Shown: positions 27,631 to 37,180 of the stretch, piece by piece
Layout: each line of letters opens with the position of its first letter
How positions within the stretch are numbered: position 1 is the stretch's first letter
NCBI GenBank assembly: GCA_022897995.1
Contig: GCA_022897995.1_4763.1
DNA from: a phage
Strand: one strand, 5' to 3'
DNA: 64,000 nucleotides
Translations under genes and position numbers: made by a program
The notes under the pieces: generated by a model
Told to the model about the DNA's origin: nothing
Databases searched by the model: none
The model's input: only the letters and a program-made list of their open reading frames with translations

Positions 27631-30600
27631 TTAGTCTTCCCAGATAAAATCTACGGTACGAGTCAGATTATTGGCAATGATTTTAACATTACCAACCTTG
27701 ATCCAGTCACGAACCGTCATAGAGTTCATTAAACCACCTTCGGCAACAACTGCCCCGATTTCCTGAGCGGTAGGCTTGTTCTGTTTGGTGTAAATTTCGC
27801 CCCATGCGGTCCATTGACCATCTGTACCGGAACGGATATAATGCTTATGAGTACCATCAGGCGACCAGATTTGGGTAAGGCCGTTTTCATCAGTACCCCA
27901 TTGCATCAATGTACCATTTTTCTTTTCTGGGTAGGTTTCTTTGATGTTTTGGGTCGTTACTCGCATGTTCCAGAAGCCAATGTTACCAATTGCTGGTGCA
28001 GTAGTAGCGATCGCTTCATGCTTAACTGATACAATAGACGCGTTATCCATAATCAATTTACCAGTCATTGTATCGCCAGCATTCTTAACAAACTGACGGT
28101 TGAGAACTTCGTCTGCGTTTCCTGCGTGGACGATCTGATATTTCTGTCCTGCGATCTCTGTAGTCAGATTCTGATAACCTGCTTTGATGTTAACACTTCC
28201 ACCGTGACCGATATTCAACATACCATCAGGGGAACGAGTCATTGCCGGATTAGACTGATCAACAATGTATAAACCGCCTTGTTTCGCATACAGGTTACGA
28301 CCTGCAATAAAGTCTCGATATGCTGCCGCGTCGCCATTATGTTCCATAGCAAAGGCGTAATGCTCAACAGATCCAGAATCGTCAATCTTACAGAAAGCGA
28401 TAGCATCACTATTAACTGCTTGCGCCGTTCCAGTACCACCAACGATAAGAGACCATGAGTTTTCCATACCTTCTGACAAGGTTGTGCCATGCAGAGTAAT
28501 TCCGGTGTGACCATCAACTCCACGCTCGCCCAATACCAGATGACCATTACTCGGATCATCAGTTGAGTTCTTAGTCACAAAGAGAGTTTCAAAGGAACCG
28601 GATTTTAAGCACTCTAAATCGCCCTCTACGTTGACGTTTTTCTTAAAGGTGTAATTACTCTCGATGGTCTGGTCAATGTCTCTACGCGCCCATTTAGCGG
28701 CCTCTACGTTGCCCAACTTCAAACTATTCTGAGCGGTTGCCATCTTAGGTAAGAAATTAGCAAGTGTGTAGTTTAATCCTTTCGGAGTTACCGCAATCCC
28801 GTCATGCTGATATTCATCAAGCTCTTGAGTAGAACCTTGCAGATCGTCACCAACAAAACAGTTTTCTTGTGTTGCTACTTTCAGGAATCCGCGACGGGCT
28901 TCCGTTGCTTGCCATGTTTCTTCTGTCTGCGCAACATACTTGAAGTTTTTAGGCGAAATTGCTACGTTGTCCATAGTACCAGCGACGGTTTCGGCTTGAG
29001 TACCGACTCGGATAATACCTTCTTTACCCTCGGTGGCCTTTTTGCCTTGCAGCTTTTTAGGAGTAATGATCGTAGCGTCATCTTCTCCTGCGTCCGTAAG
29101 CTGACTAGTTGCAACTTTCGCGACGCCTTTTGTATCTTCGGTTGCATCAAGACCACTGATCATGATACCCTGCCACAAGTCACCAGTAAGGTTAAGTCCT
29201 TGAGTCGGATCTACTTTCAAACGCTGTGCGTTCTCAAAGAAGGTTTTAATCTTCAATGGGGTAGAAATGCGAGCGTCGTCACGACCTGCGTCGAACTCTT
29301 CTTGAGTTGCAATTTCTGCTAAACCATGTAAAGTTTCCGTAGCACGGCGAGTATGCAGTTTTTTAGGTGTGATAATATGTTTATCACTTTGGCCTAAGTT
29401 AGTTTCTTCCTGCGTAGCAATTTCAGCGATACCAGTACGGGATTCGGTAGCAGTACGCTTGGTTAACGTGCGAGTGGTGATCAGCAATGCATCTTGCGGG
29501 GTTGATTCAGTAGCCCCTTGCACTTCCGCGTCAGTTGCCAGATACCCAACACCACGAGAAGTTTCAGTAGCTTTAACTTCGTTGATGTTTTGCGGAGTAA
29601 CGATTTTAGCGTGGTCGTTGATGTTATAGATCCCCGTGCCAGCTTCACCCCTTCGAGCGGCAGCATTACCGCCTACCTGAACAATTTCAGCGATACCAGC
29701 AAGATCCTCGGACGCGCGACGTTCTTCTAACTTCTTAGGAGTGATTGCGCGAGTATCGTCTAAACCTTCGTTGGTTTCATGTTGAGTTGCAATTTCCATC
29801 ACACCACGACGGTCTTCGGTAGCAACACAGTCATTTAACTTTTTAGGTGTAACGATAACATCATCCAGGAAGTTGGAACCAGTATCTTGATGCGTTTCCG
29901 CTTGAGTTGCAATGCGAGCAATACCGCGTCGAGTTTCGTTGGCTGTTTTATTGGCCAGAACCTTTGGAGTCACCGCAACTTCGTCGCTAGGATCATCTTC
30001 ATGGTTTTTGTTTGTTTCATCCTGGTTAGCCAGTGCAATTACACCAACTCGATCTTTACGGGTAGGATCTACTCGTTCTACAATCGGGTGAGCATGTGCT
30101 ACCAACCAGTGTTTCTTACCGTCATCACCTTCTGAATAAGAGAACTCCAGATAAGGTACATAATCATTTGCAGCGTTGAAAGACAATTCAGACACTTCCG
30201 TCCATGTATCGGTCCCATTGAATGGGTACTCGCTACGCTTAGGAAACTGAACCATGTTTTTCTGCATAAGAATTTTTGTATCTTCTGCGGCGGTAATGAT
30301 TCGGCAGGTCTGGTTTCCGTGCATATACTGCATAGAAACTTGGATACGATCGCCAGGCTCGACGTTAGTCGGTAAGGTCAGAGTAACATCATGATCACCA
30401 AATACAGCAACATAGCTATTAGGAGATAGGCGAGTATCATCAATGATTGGATTCAAGCGAACCGACTGATCACCATCCCACACACGCCATAAGTTTTCCG
30501 GCTTGTCAAAGATGAATACACCATGACCGCTACGCTTACCAACAATTTCTTTTAACCCGAAAGTACCGATTGATTGTTCTTGCGCACCTTCATGCACTTT

Positions 30601-31371
30601 TACCGTAACATGGTTGGTTGCCGTCAATCCGTCAAGATCGGTAGTCTGGATCATATCACCGTTATTAGCAAACTTAGGAAGCATCAAAACGATGTTACCT
30701 AAAGAACTACGACGGAATACCTGATCACCGTTTTGCATCTGAATCGGATCAATAGATGGTTGTGCATATACCCCGCGCGGCTCTGTTCCCGTCTGGTAAA
30801 CGTGCCAGCGATTGCGAACAAAAATGAAGTAGTTCATTGCATAAGGGGTAGTACAATACCATTTGCGGTTGTTTACCACACCGTTATGATAGAACTCATG
30901 ACCAGCCGCAAGGAACGATAACTCATTAACACCGCACTTGCCACCGATATCTTTTACTGTTATAGTGTCGCCCTCTGCCGGATTAGTAGGCATTGAGAAT
31001 GTCAAGTTTGCAAACTGACAGTCCGCTGCGATATAATCACCGGACTTTAAAGGAGTATCGCCGGAAGTTGCTGCAACATAATCCCAACGTGGGTCCGTGC
31101 GCAGTGCTTGCCATTTAGTCGGGTCAAAGTCACCTGCTGGTTTTGCGATATCTTCTTTTGCATAATACGGGCGGTTTTGATATATTGTAGTTCCGTATTG
31201 ATCATAACCGCGAGTTGTGTCATACTGAGTAATACCATTATGGTAATTGAAAAATTCAACGTTGACCGCATCCGTTGATGTGTTTTTATCTGCGTATGCT
31301 ACATTGACGACCTTTTCATTACCAGCGTCAAAGCCAAATGTGGCCTTGAAATGTTGAGAAAAATCTGCCAT
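27631..31371 (-). CDS. 34: Long tail fibre proximal subunit gp34
   Basis: 1246 aa; KPAGDFDPTKWQALRTD and repeated TPKKL/ATE motifs as in T4 gp34. Confidence 0.85.
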   Translation of the reverse strand: MADFSQHFKATFGFDAGNEKVVNVAYADKNTSTDAVNVEFFNYHNGITQYDTTRGYDQYGTTIYQNRPYYAKEDIAKPAGDFDPTKWQALRTDPRWDYVAATSGDTPLKSGDYIAADCQFANLTFSMPTNPAEGDTITVKDIGGKCGVNELSFLAAGHEFYHNGVVNNRKWYCTTPYAMNYFIFVRNRWHVYQTGTEPRGVYAQPSIDPIQMQNGDQVFRRSSLGNIVLMLPKFANNGDMIQTTDLDGLTATNHVTVKVHEGAQEQSIGTFGLKEIVGKRSGHGVFIFDKPENLWRVWDGDQSVRLNPIIDDTRLSPNSYVAVFGDHDVTLTLPTNVEPGDRIQVSMQYMHGNQTCRIITAAEDTKILMQKNMVQFPKRSEYPFNGTDTWTEVSELSFNAANDYVPYLEFSYSEGDDGKKHWLVAHAHPIVERVDPTRKDRVGVIALANQDETNKNHEDDPSDEVAVTPKVLANKTANETRRGIARIATQAETHQDTGSNFLDDVIVTPKKLNDCVATEDRRGVMEIATQHETNEGLDDTRAITPKKLEERRASEDLAGIAEIVQVGGNAAARRGEAGTGIYNINDHAKIVTPQNINEVKATETSRGVGYLATDAEVQGATESTPQDALLITTRTLTKRTATESRTGIAEIATQEETNLGQSDKHIITPKKLHTRRATETLHGLAEIATQEEFDAGRDDARISTPLKIKTFFENAQRLKVDPTQGLNLTGDLWQGIMISGLDATEDTKGVAKVATSQLTDAGEDDATIITPKKLQGKKATEGKEGIIRVGTQAETVAGTMDNVAISPKNFKYVAQTEETWQATEARRGFLKVATQENCFVGDDLQGSTQELDEYQHDGIAVTPKGLNYTLANFLPKMATAQNSLKLGNVEAAKWARRDIDQTIESNYTFKKNVNVEGDLECLKSGSFETLFVTKNSTDDPSNGHLVLGERGVDGHTGITLHGTTLSEGMENSWSLIVGGTGTAQAVNSDAIAFCKIDDSGSVEHYAFAMEHNGDAAAYRDFIAGRNLYAKQGGLYIVDQSNPAMTRSPDGMLNIGHGGSVNIKAGYQNLTTEIAGQKYQIVHAGNADEVLNRQFVKNAGDTMTGKLIMDNASIVSVKHEAIATTAPAIGNIGFWNMRVTTQNIKETYPEKKNGTLMQWGTDENGLTQIWSPDGTHKHYIRSGTDGQWTAWGEIYTKQNKPTAQEIGAVVAEGGLMNSMTVRDWIKVGNVKIIANNLTRTVDFIWED

Positions 31372-31399
31372 TATTGGGTCTCCTTTTATAGTATGTTCA

Positions 31400-31407
31400 T
31401 ATTTATA
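31400..31407 (-). promoter_or_regulatory. T4-type late promoter TATAAATA upstream of gene 34
   Basis: Reverse complement of tatttata at 31400-31407, about 29 nt upstream of the gene 34 ATG (31371). Confidence 0.6.
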
Positions 31408-31443
31408 AAATAAGGCTTGATAGAAACAAAAGAGGATGATATT

Positions 31444-31629
31444 ATGGTTAAAGTTAATTTGTCAGACGGTGCAAAATGGGTAGTTGACAGAATCCCAGAT
31501 AAGGATTATAATCATTTCCGTGCCGAATTAAACAATGCTATTCTGCGAGTTATGGAGAAATACGGGTATGATCGTGAAGTATCTAGCTCGTTTGATGAGT
31601 CTGTTGTTGTGAGAGTGGAGAGAACTTAA
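31444..31629 (+). CDS. Hypothetical protein
   Basis: 61 aa from ATG 31444 with RBS AAGAGGA; track ORF starts at an upstream TTG. Confidence 0.35.
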   Translation: MVKVNLSDGAKWVVDRIPDKDYNHFRAELNNAILRVMEKYGYDREVSSSFDESVVVRVERT

Positions 31630-31631
31630 TT

Positions 31632-32579
31632 ATGACGTATAACCCGTTTACAAAAACTACCGCTACACTTAATGATTTTTTTGATGACCCAGAAGATAAA
31701 CTGCCGGAAGGTGTGCATTTGATTGATATGTCGCAGCTTATGATTGCTACTATCTCTCATACATTTAAGCCGGAAGATCCGATTAATGAAGGTATGATCC
31801 GTCATCTTATCCTTGACACCATGCGTTATAATATGACAAAATTCAAAGAGCAATACCCGATTACGGTACTTGCCTTTGACTCTAGCAAAGGTTACTGGCG
31901 ACGTGATATCGCACCTTATTACAAGCGTAACCGTAAGGAAAAGCGAGACGCAGATCCGCGTGATTGGGATATGATCTTTGCGGCGATCAATAAGATCACC
32001 GAAGAGTTTAAAGAGAACATGCCTTATCACGTTATTAAGGTTGACAAAGTTGAAGCGGATGATATAATCGCTGTGTTAACTAAAAAGTTTTCTGTAGAAG
32101 GTCGCCAGGTGCTAATCAACTCCGGCGATGGTGACTACACACAGTTACACAAATACAAAAATGTGAAACAGTGGGCGCCAGTACAGAAAGCATGGAAGAA
32201 GTGCAAATATGGTAGCCCATACAAAGACCTTATGGTAAAATGTGTTAAGGGTGACGCAAAAGACGGTGTAGCCTCTGTCAAATGTCGTAGTGATTTTATT
32301 ATCTCTCGACTGGAAGGGGAACGGGCTAAACCAGTTGCAACCAAATGGTTAGAGCAAATTTTCGATGCCGAAGATCCAAAGTCTTTGATGACAGAGGAAG
32401 AAGCACGACGCTTTGACGAAAACCGCGAACTTATTGATTTTGAATTTATTCCTGATAACATTGAGTATGAAATTTTGTTAGCATGGGAAAAATCTAAACC
32501 AGCACCACGCGGTAAAATTTATAACTATTTTGTAACAAATGCGTTAGTTAAAATGTTGCAGAAAATTGGTGAGTTCTAA
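31632..32579 (+). CDS. rnh: RNase H / 5'-3' flap exonuclease (T4 rnh homolog)
   Basis: 315 aa; FEN-family acidic blocks (LIDMSQL, VLAFDS, EADDIIAVL, INSGDGD); position before dsbA as in T4. Confidence 0.85.
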   Translation: MTYNPFTKTTATLNDFFDDPEDKLPEGVHLIDMSQLMIATISHTFKPEDPINEGMIRHLILDTMRYNMTKFKEQYPITVLAFDSSKGYWRRDIAPYYKRNRKEKRDADPRDWDMIFAAINKITEEFKENMPYHVIKVDKVEADDIIAVLTKKFSVEGRQVLINSGDGDYTQLHKYKNVKQWAPVQKAWKKCKYGSPYKDLMVKCVKGDAKDGVASVKCRSDFIISRLEGERAKPVATKWLEQIFDAEDPKSLMTEEEARRFDENRELIDFEFIPDNIEYEILLAWEKSKPAPRGKIYNYFVTNALVKMLQKIGEF

Positions 32580-32589
32580 GGGTTGACAC

Positions 32590-33186
32590 ATGAAAGAACT
32601 TGAATTAAAATACTATGCACACTCACAGGAAGGTGTAGAAACAATCCATGATGTGTGGGTAGCAATGTATGACGGGTACAATCTCGTAGACCGTGATAAC
32701 ATACTAAAACACGAATTTTATTATGATACAGAAGACCATGCATTACGCAAAAAAGGAATTTATGCACGACTTGACGTTTACAGGTCATTGGTCATGGTAA
32801 AAATTGGCGATAGTGAATCGGGACTCTTCAACCGAGAAGAAATTACTTTTTCAACAATGGATGATTTCTATCATTATGTTGATAGTCTGGGCGTTAACTC
32901 CGACCTTATTGTGCCTTTACTGCAAATAATGACACATCGCAAGTCATTGACTCTAGATATGGGTTGTGGTATAGTGGAAATGTGCAAAGACACTTTCTAT
33001 TATCGCAAAGTAGGCGAAAGAATGGGCGACGCTCACTATGAAATTGAGTTCGAGTTAAAATCGGGTGATGAAAAAGCACTTGACATTATCCGAGAAATGA
33101 TGCTAGAATATGTAGGTGATGACTTACGTCCTAGCGAAATATCAAAAGCTGAACGTGGTTTTCAATTAATGACTAAAGAGGGTTAA
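32590..33186 (+). CDS. CYTH-like domain protein (triphosphate tunnel metalloenzyme / CyaB-like fold)
   Basis: 198 aa; N-terminal ELELK (ExExK) motif, later HYEIEFELK, alternating charged beta-strand pattern; inserted between rnh and dsbA. Confidence 0.5.
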   Translation: MKELELKYYAHSQEGVETIHDVWVAMYDGYNLVDRDNILKHEFYYDTEDHALRKKGIYARLDVYRSLVMVKIGDSESGLFNREEITFSTMDDFYHYVDSLGVNSDLIVPLLQIMTHRKSLTLDMGCGIVEMCKDTFYYRKVGERMGDAHYEIEFELKSGDEKALDIIREMMLEYVGDDLRPSEISKAERGFQLMTKEG

Positions 33187-33190
33187 TATT

Positions 33191-33466
33191 ATGGCTGAAC
33201 AGAAAAAAGAAAAAGTAGTATTTGATGAAGCAGTACACGGAAATACCCTGGCACAACTGATTAAAGAAGCCAGCGATCAGAAAACCATTCAAGAAGCATA
33301 TGGCGATAAGATCAAAGAGATCAAACAGCGTGCTAAAGAAGAATTAGGCGTAGATGGTAAAATGTGGGGCATTCTGTTTAAACTGTATCACCAGCAACAG
33401 CGCGAAACCTTCGAAGCAGAACGCGACGAAGCGGTAGAACTCTATGATCGGGTGTTCAATGCTTAA
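33191..33466 (+). CDS. dsbA: Late-transcription dsDNA-binding protein DsbA-like
   Basis: 91 aa; position and size as T4 dsbA; blocks VVFDEAVHG, LIKEASD, AKEELGVDGKM, AVELYD match as recalled. Confidence 0.55.
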   Translation: MAEQKKEKVVFDEAVHGNTLAQLIKEASDQKTIQEAYGDKIKEIKQRAKEELGVDGKMWGILFKLYHQQQRETFEAERDEAVELYDRVFNA

Positions 33467-33713
33467 TGAACATGCGGTAAAAGCCGCGAATAAAACAGCA
33501 AACGGTCTTGCAATCGAAAAACTGGTTGTTGAAGAGGGATTGACTTATCTTGAAGCGACAACGCAGTTTGTAGAGGAAAACTCTATAGAATATGGTCACT
33601 ATCAGAAATATATTCCTGTGTCCATTATTGACAAGATCACACAAGAATGTATAGTAAATAGAACGCTCAGGAAGGGAGTGATCGACGAACCGACCAACAC
33701 TCTCGATATTTAA
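33459..33713 (+). CDS. 33: Putative late transcription coactivator gp33-like
   Basis: 84 aa from ATG 33459 overlapping dsbA end; assigned by position between dsbA and 59 only. Confidence 0.4.
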   Translation: MLNEHAVKAANKTANGLAIEKLVVEEGLTYLEATTQFVEENSIEYGHYQKYIPVSIIDKITQECIVNRTLRKGVIDEPTNTLDI

Positions 33714-33722
33714 GGGGTATGT

Positions 33723-34403
33723 ATGATCAGAAACCGTCTTCCTCCAGATCCAGATATGCGAATTAATGCTAAATCTGTGTATATGTTATATTGCATGATG
33801 AAAGCTCATATGAACGGGCGTTATGATTGCGTAAAATATAATTGGAGGATGCGGTTATCTGATGCCGCATTCAATAAACGCAGAGATAAGTATTATTTCG
33901 CAAAATTAGCGGAAAAGTACAATCTAAGAGAATTATACTTCCTATTCCTAAGCAATCTGGTAGCTAATACCGATGCATGGGTAGGTGAAATCACTGATGT
34001 TGACGCATACGGCTTTTATATGGAATACATAGGAAAGATAACCGATGCAGCAACAAGATTTGACGATGACGTTAAAAGTCTGGTATACTTCTCAGAGAAA
34101 CGCGGGGTTACTCTTAAAGAGCTAATTACATACAATCCCGCAACCGAAACTAGCGGTATATTTAAACTACTGCAAAATCGGATTATATCGTTTGAGTCGT
34201 TTATGTTGTTAGATAGCTTTCTAAATATAATCGACGAACACGACAAGGTAGCCAAAGACTTGATTTGGCAAACTTATAGTGTTAAAATGAAGGCGTACAA
34301 GAAACTACTTGTTATTGACGCCGCAAAAGCAAGAGCATTATTTGTTAAAGTAGTTAAAGAGTGTAAAGAAATATCTCAATTAAAAGCCGAAACAAATAGT
34401 TGA
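33723..34403 (+). CDS. 59: Helicase loader gp59
   Basis: 226 aa; blocks KSVYMLYCMMKAHMNGRYD, KYNWRMRLSDAAFNKRRDKYYF, LSNLVANTDAWVGEI, LLDSFLNIIDEHD match T4 gp59 as recalled. Confidence 0.85.
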   Translation: MIRNRLPPDPDMRINAKSVYMLYCMMKAHMNGRYDCVKYNWRMRLSDAAFNKRRDKYYFAKLAEKYNLRELYFLFLSNLVANTDAWVGEITDVDAYGFYMEYIGKITDAATRFDDDVKSLVYFSEKRGVTLKELITYNPATETSGIFKLLQNRIISFESFMLLDSFLNIIDEHDKVAKDLIWQTYSVKMKAYKKLLVIDAAKARALFVKVVKECKEISQLKAETNS

Positions 34404-34427
34404 CAAGTAAACTTAAATCTGTATAAT
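34400..34427 (+). promoter_or_regulatory. Strong promoter for gene 32 (TTGACA, 16 nt spacer, extended -10 TGTATAAT)
   Basis: TTGACA 34400-34405, TG at 34420-34421, TATAAT 34422-34427; overlaps the end of gene 59. Confidence 0.55.
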
Positions 34428-34463
34428 AGTCTAGTAAATTAATCAAAAGAAGGAATAGTGAAT

Positions 34464-35405
34464 ATGTTTAAACGCCAAGATTCTTCCAAACTGCAAGCTC
34501 AACTGGCCGCACTGAAAGGTGGCAACGGTTTCTCCAAAGAAGATCCGAAAGAGTGGAAGATTAAGACTGATGCAGCAGGTAACGGTGAAGCCCTGATTCG
34601 CTTCCTGCCGTCTAAGACAGAAGACGGTCTGCCGATTGTGAAACTGGTAAACCATTCCTTCAAAGTTAATGGAAAATGGTATTGGGAAAACTGCTCCAGC
34701 ACCCACGGTGATTTTGATTCTTGCCCTGTGTGCAAATATATTAACGAAAAAGACCTGTACAATACCGATAAAACAGAATGGCAACTGATTAAGCGTAAAG
34801 CGTCTTACTACGCAAACATTCTGGTACTGAAAGATCCTCAAGCACCAGAAAATGAAGGTAAGGTATTCAAATTCCGCTTCGGTCAGAAAATTTATGATAA
34901 GATCGTTGCGATGGTGAACGTGAATACCGACATGGGCGAAGTTCCGGTAGATGTAACTTGTGTGTTCTCTGGCGCTAACTTCCTCCTGAAAGCTAAGAAG
35001 GTTGATAAACACCAGAACTATGATGATTCTCGTTTCATGCAGCAATCACAGCTTCCGAAAATTGAAGACGAAGCATATCAGAAATATCTGATGGAAAACA
35101 TGGTTGATCTGGGTGAAATTGTAGCACCGAGCCAGTTTAAACCGTTTGATGAACTGGAAACCAAATTTAAGAAAACTATGGGCGTGTCTATGGTAGCGGG
35201 TGCTGCGGCTTCCAGTGCTGCGGCAGCGATTAACAGCCAGCTTGACGATTTTGATGCTCAGATGAATGCATTCGATGCTGGTATTACCGCAGCTAGCACG
35301 GCGGCAGATTCTTCCGCTGATGACCTGATGGCATCGCTGGATCTGGGTGGCGGTACTTCCTCCGCTTCTGATCTGGATGACCTGGATTCTCTGTTAGCGA
35401 TGTAA
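34464..35405 (+). CDS. 32: Single-stranded DNA-binding protein gp32
   Basis: 313 aa from ATG 34464; MFKRQ..., LIRFLPSK, zinc ligands in [13 protein letters not shown], acidic Ser/Asp-rich C-terminus; matches T4 gp32. Confidence 0.9.
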   Translation: MFKRQDSSKLQAQLAALKGGNGFSKEDPKEWKIKTDAAGNGEALIRFLPSKTEDGLPIVKLVNHSFKVNGKWYWENCSSTHGDFDSCPVCKYINEKDLYNTDKTEWQLIKRKASYYANILVLKDPQAPENEGKVFKFRFGQKIYDKIVAMVNVNTDMGEVPVDVTCVFSGANFLLKAKKVDKHQNYDDSRFMQQSQLPKIEDEAYQKYLMENMVDLGEIVAPSQFKPFDELETKFKKTMGVSMVAGAAASSAAAAINSQLDDFDAQMNAFDAGITAASTAADSSADDLMASLDLGGGTSSASDLDDLDSLLAM

Positions 35406-35416
35406 TGAATTTTACA

Positions 35417-35443
35417 GCCTCCCTTCGGGGAGGCTTTTTTATT
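35417..35443 (+). terminator. Rho-independent terminator after gene 32
   Basis: GCCTCCC-ttcg-GGGAGGC followed by TTTTTTATT. Confidence 0.65.
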
Positions 35444-35467
35444 GCCTAAAAATTTATGAAAAAGGTG

Positions 35468-35495
35468 TTGACATGTTGGCGAGGTAATGTATAAT
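35468..35495 (+). promoter_or_regulatory. Promoter (TTGACA, extended -10 TGTATAAT)
   Basis: TTGACA 35468-35473, 16 nt spacer, TATAAT 35490-35495. Confidence 0.5.
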
Positions 35496-35524
35496 GAACT
35501 AATCGAAACAACGGAGGATTAACA

Positions 35525-35854
35525 ATGTTTTTGAATGCTACCCTTTCCCAGAAAAGTGATAAAATCGAACTTCTGTATGTCATTGCTGATGTAGACGTAC
35601 AACGAAGAAATATAGATTTAAAAATTCACAAATATTATACTATGAGCGAATATCACGAAATCGAGATCCCACATAGTGTGTATCCCGCATTATTGTTAGG
35701 AAAAGGAAATCTAAGTGAATATTCTTTGAAAGTCATCAAAGATTCTAAATCAATGCTTGCTCATATGGAAAAAGATTTTCTTGATGAAGTTTCCGCGCTA
35801 GTTATTAAACTGAAAGAAGAAACAGCACCGCTTTTCATGGAACAAAAAGGTTGA
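35525..35854 (+). CDS. Hypothetical protein
   Basis: 109 aa ORF with RBS GGAGGA. Confidence 0.35.
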   Translation: MFLNATLSQKSDKIELLYVIADVDVQRRNIDLKIHKYYTMSEYHEIEIPHSVYPALLLGKGNLSEYSLKVIKDSKSMLAHMEKDFLDEVSALVIKLKEETAPLFMEQKG

Positions 35855-35878
35855 CTCCGAACACAGATGATGTATAAT
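35851..35878 (+). promoter_or_regulatory. Promoter (TTGACT, extended -10 TGTATAAT)
   Basis: TTGACT 35851-35856, 16 nt spacer, TATAAT 35873-35878. Confidence 0.5.
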
Positions 35879-35909
35879 ACAAACATCAAAACAAAGAGAG
35901 GATTATATT

Positions 35910-36239
35910 ATGTGGACAGTAGAACAAATCGTAGATGAAACAGTAAGTATTATCGCATGTGGCACTATTGAAGAATGCCTTAAAGCCGCTAACCGTGAAT
36001 GTATTACGGTTTATGAAGCCCGTCGCGGTGATGGTACTGTGTTAACAAGCGACTATCGATATGAACCAAAAATGATTACCTTTCGTTTTTGGGAAAATGG
36101 TGTTAATGTTGGGGTATCTCACTTAAAACGTTTTCGTGATTATTCTGACCGTTATTTCATCACACCGGATAACGGTCAAGAATTTAAGACAGCAATCACC
36201 GAAGAAAATGTAAACGAAAACTTCTTTAAACTGATTTGA
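35910..36239 (+). CDS. Hypothetical protein
   Basis: 109 aa ORF with GAGAGGAttatattATG context. Confidence 0.35.
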   Translation: MWTVEQIVDETVSIIACGTIEECLKAANRECITVYEARRGDGTVLTSDYRYEPKMITFRFWENGVNVGVSHLKRFRDYSDRYFITPDNGQEFKTAITEENVNENFFKLI

Positions 36240-36253
36240 CAGGAGATTATATT

Positions 36254-36823
36254 ATGATTCAATGTGTATTTGCGATTGGTGACACTAAAATGTCAGATGA
36301 AAATTGGGCGTTTGGTTTTAAAGGCGGTTTACCGTGGGGTCGTCCAATCAAAAAGGATATGGAAAACTTTAAAATCCGCACTATTGGCGAGGTTGATTTT
36401 GCTGCGGTAGTAATGGGACGTAATACCTTTGAAAGTCTGCCTAAAGCACTTTGGGGACGTTTGAATGTGGTTGTTAGCACCGATACCAGCAAGCCAGAAC
36501 CGAAAGCTAAAAACGGCGACCAACCTGATGTGTATACTGGAATTGAATTGAAGGATCTGTTAAAAGCCCTAGAGAAAACGCAAGGTTTGGTAAGTGTTAT
36601 CGGTGGACCTTCCCTGATTGAAAACGCAGTTGACTTTGCGGACCGTATTGTGTTAACGTATGTTCAACGTTCAGGGATCAACGATCCATTTGAATATGAT
36701 GTTGGTATCTCTAAGGAAATGATTCATGAATTATATTTTGACTTTGCAACAAAAGAAGAACATAATTACTTCCTTGATAATTACCTGATCAGCGAACAAA
36801 TTTTAGAACGTAAGAAGGTGTAA
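36254..36823 (+). CDS. frd: Dihydrofolate reductase (frd)
   Basis: 189 aa from ATG 36254; DHFR-like pattern (FAIGD, GLPWG, VVMGRNTFESLP, VIGGPSL); position before td as in T4. Confidence 0.8.
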   Translation: MIQCVFAIGDTKMSDENWAFGFKGGLPWGRPIKKDMENFKIRTIGEVDFAAVVMGRNTFESLPKALWGRLNVVVSTDTSKPEPKAKNGDQPDVYTGIELKDLLKALEKTQGLVSVIGGPSLIENAVDFADRIVLTYVQRSGINDPFEYDVGISKEMIHELYFDFATKEEHNYFLDNYLISEQILERKKV

Positions 36824-36824
36824 C

Positions 36825-36917
36825 ATGAAAATTCTGACAGATTATGAGTGCAAACATTGTGGTGGATCTTTGATGTTTGCTGGTAGTCGGTGTTTACACT
36901 GCGGACGGGAACAATAA
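36825..36917 (+). CDS. Tiny zinc-ribbon peptide (30 aa)
   Basis: CKHCGG...RCLHCG; ATG 2 nt after frd stop and TAATG overlap with next ORF. Confidence 0.25.
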   Translation: MKILTDYECKHCGGSLMFAGSRCLHCGREQ

Positions 36918-37180
36918 TGAAAATCAGTATTATTCGATTATGGTCGGCAACCAATGAAAACTACGCAGTAGCAGAAGATTTTTACGGGTTGCAATATCTC
37001 TATGATGAATCGAAAGCGTCATGGTTTCCTGTACAAGAAAATAGCGATATATCAAGACCTGTTACTGTATTCGGTCCAGACGATATTTTTATTAACATTA
37101 GCGAGACAGTAGCAAAACTGCGTAAGAAAGCAAAGAAAAAGGGGAAGTGGGATGAAAGAATATTTGAAACTGTTGCGTGA
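36917..37180 (+). CDS. Hypothetical protein
   Basis: 87 aa from ATG 36917; overlaps td start. Confidence 0.35.
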   Translation: MKISIIRLWSATNENYAVAEDFYGLQYLYDESKASWFPVQENSDISRPVTVFGPDDIFINISETVAKLRKKAKKKGKWDERIFETVA

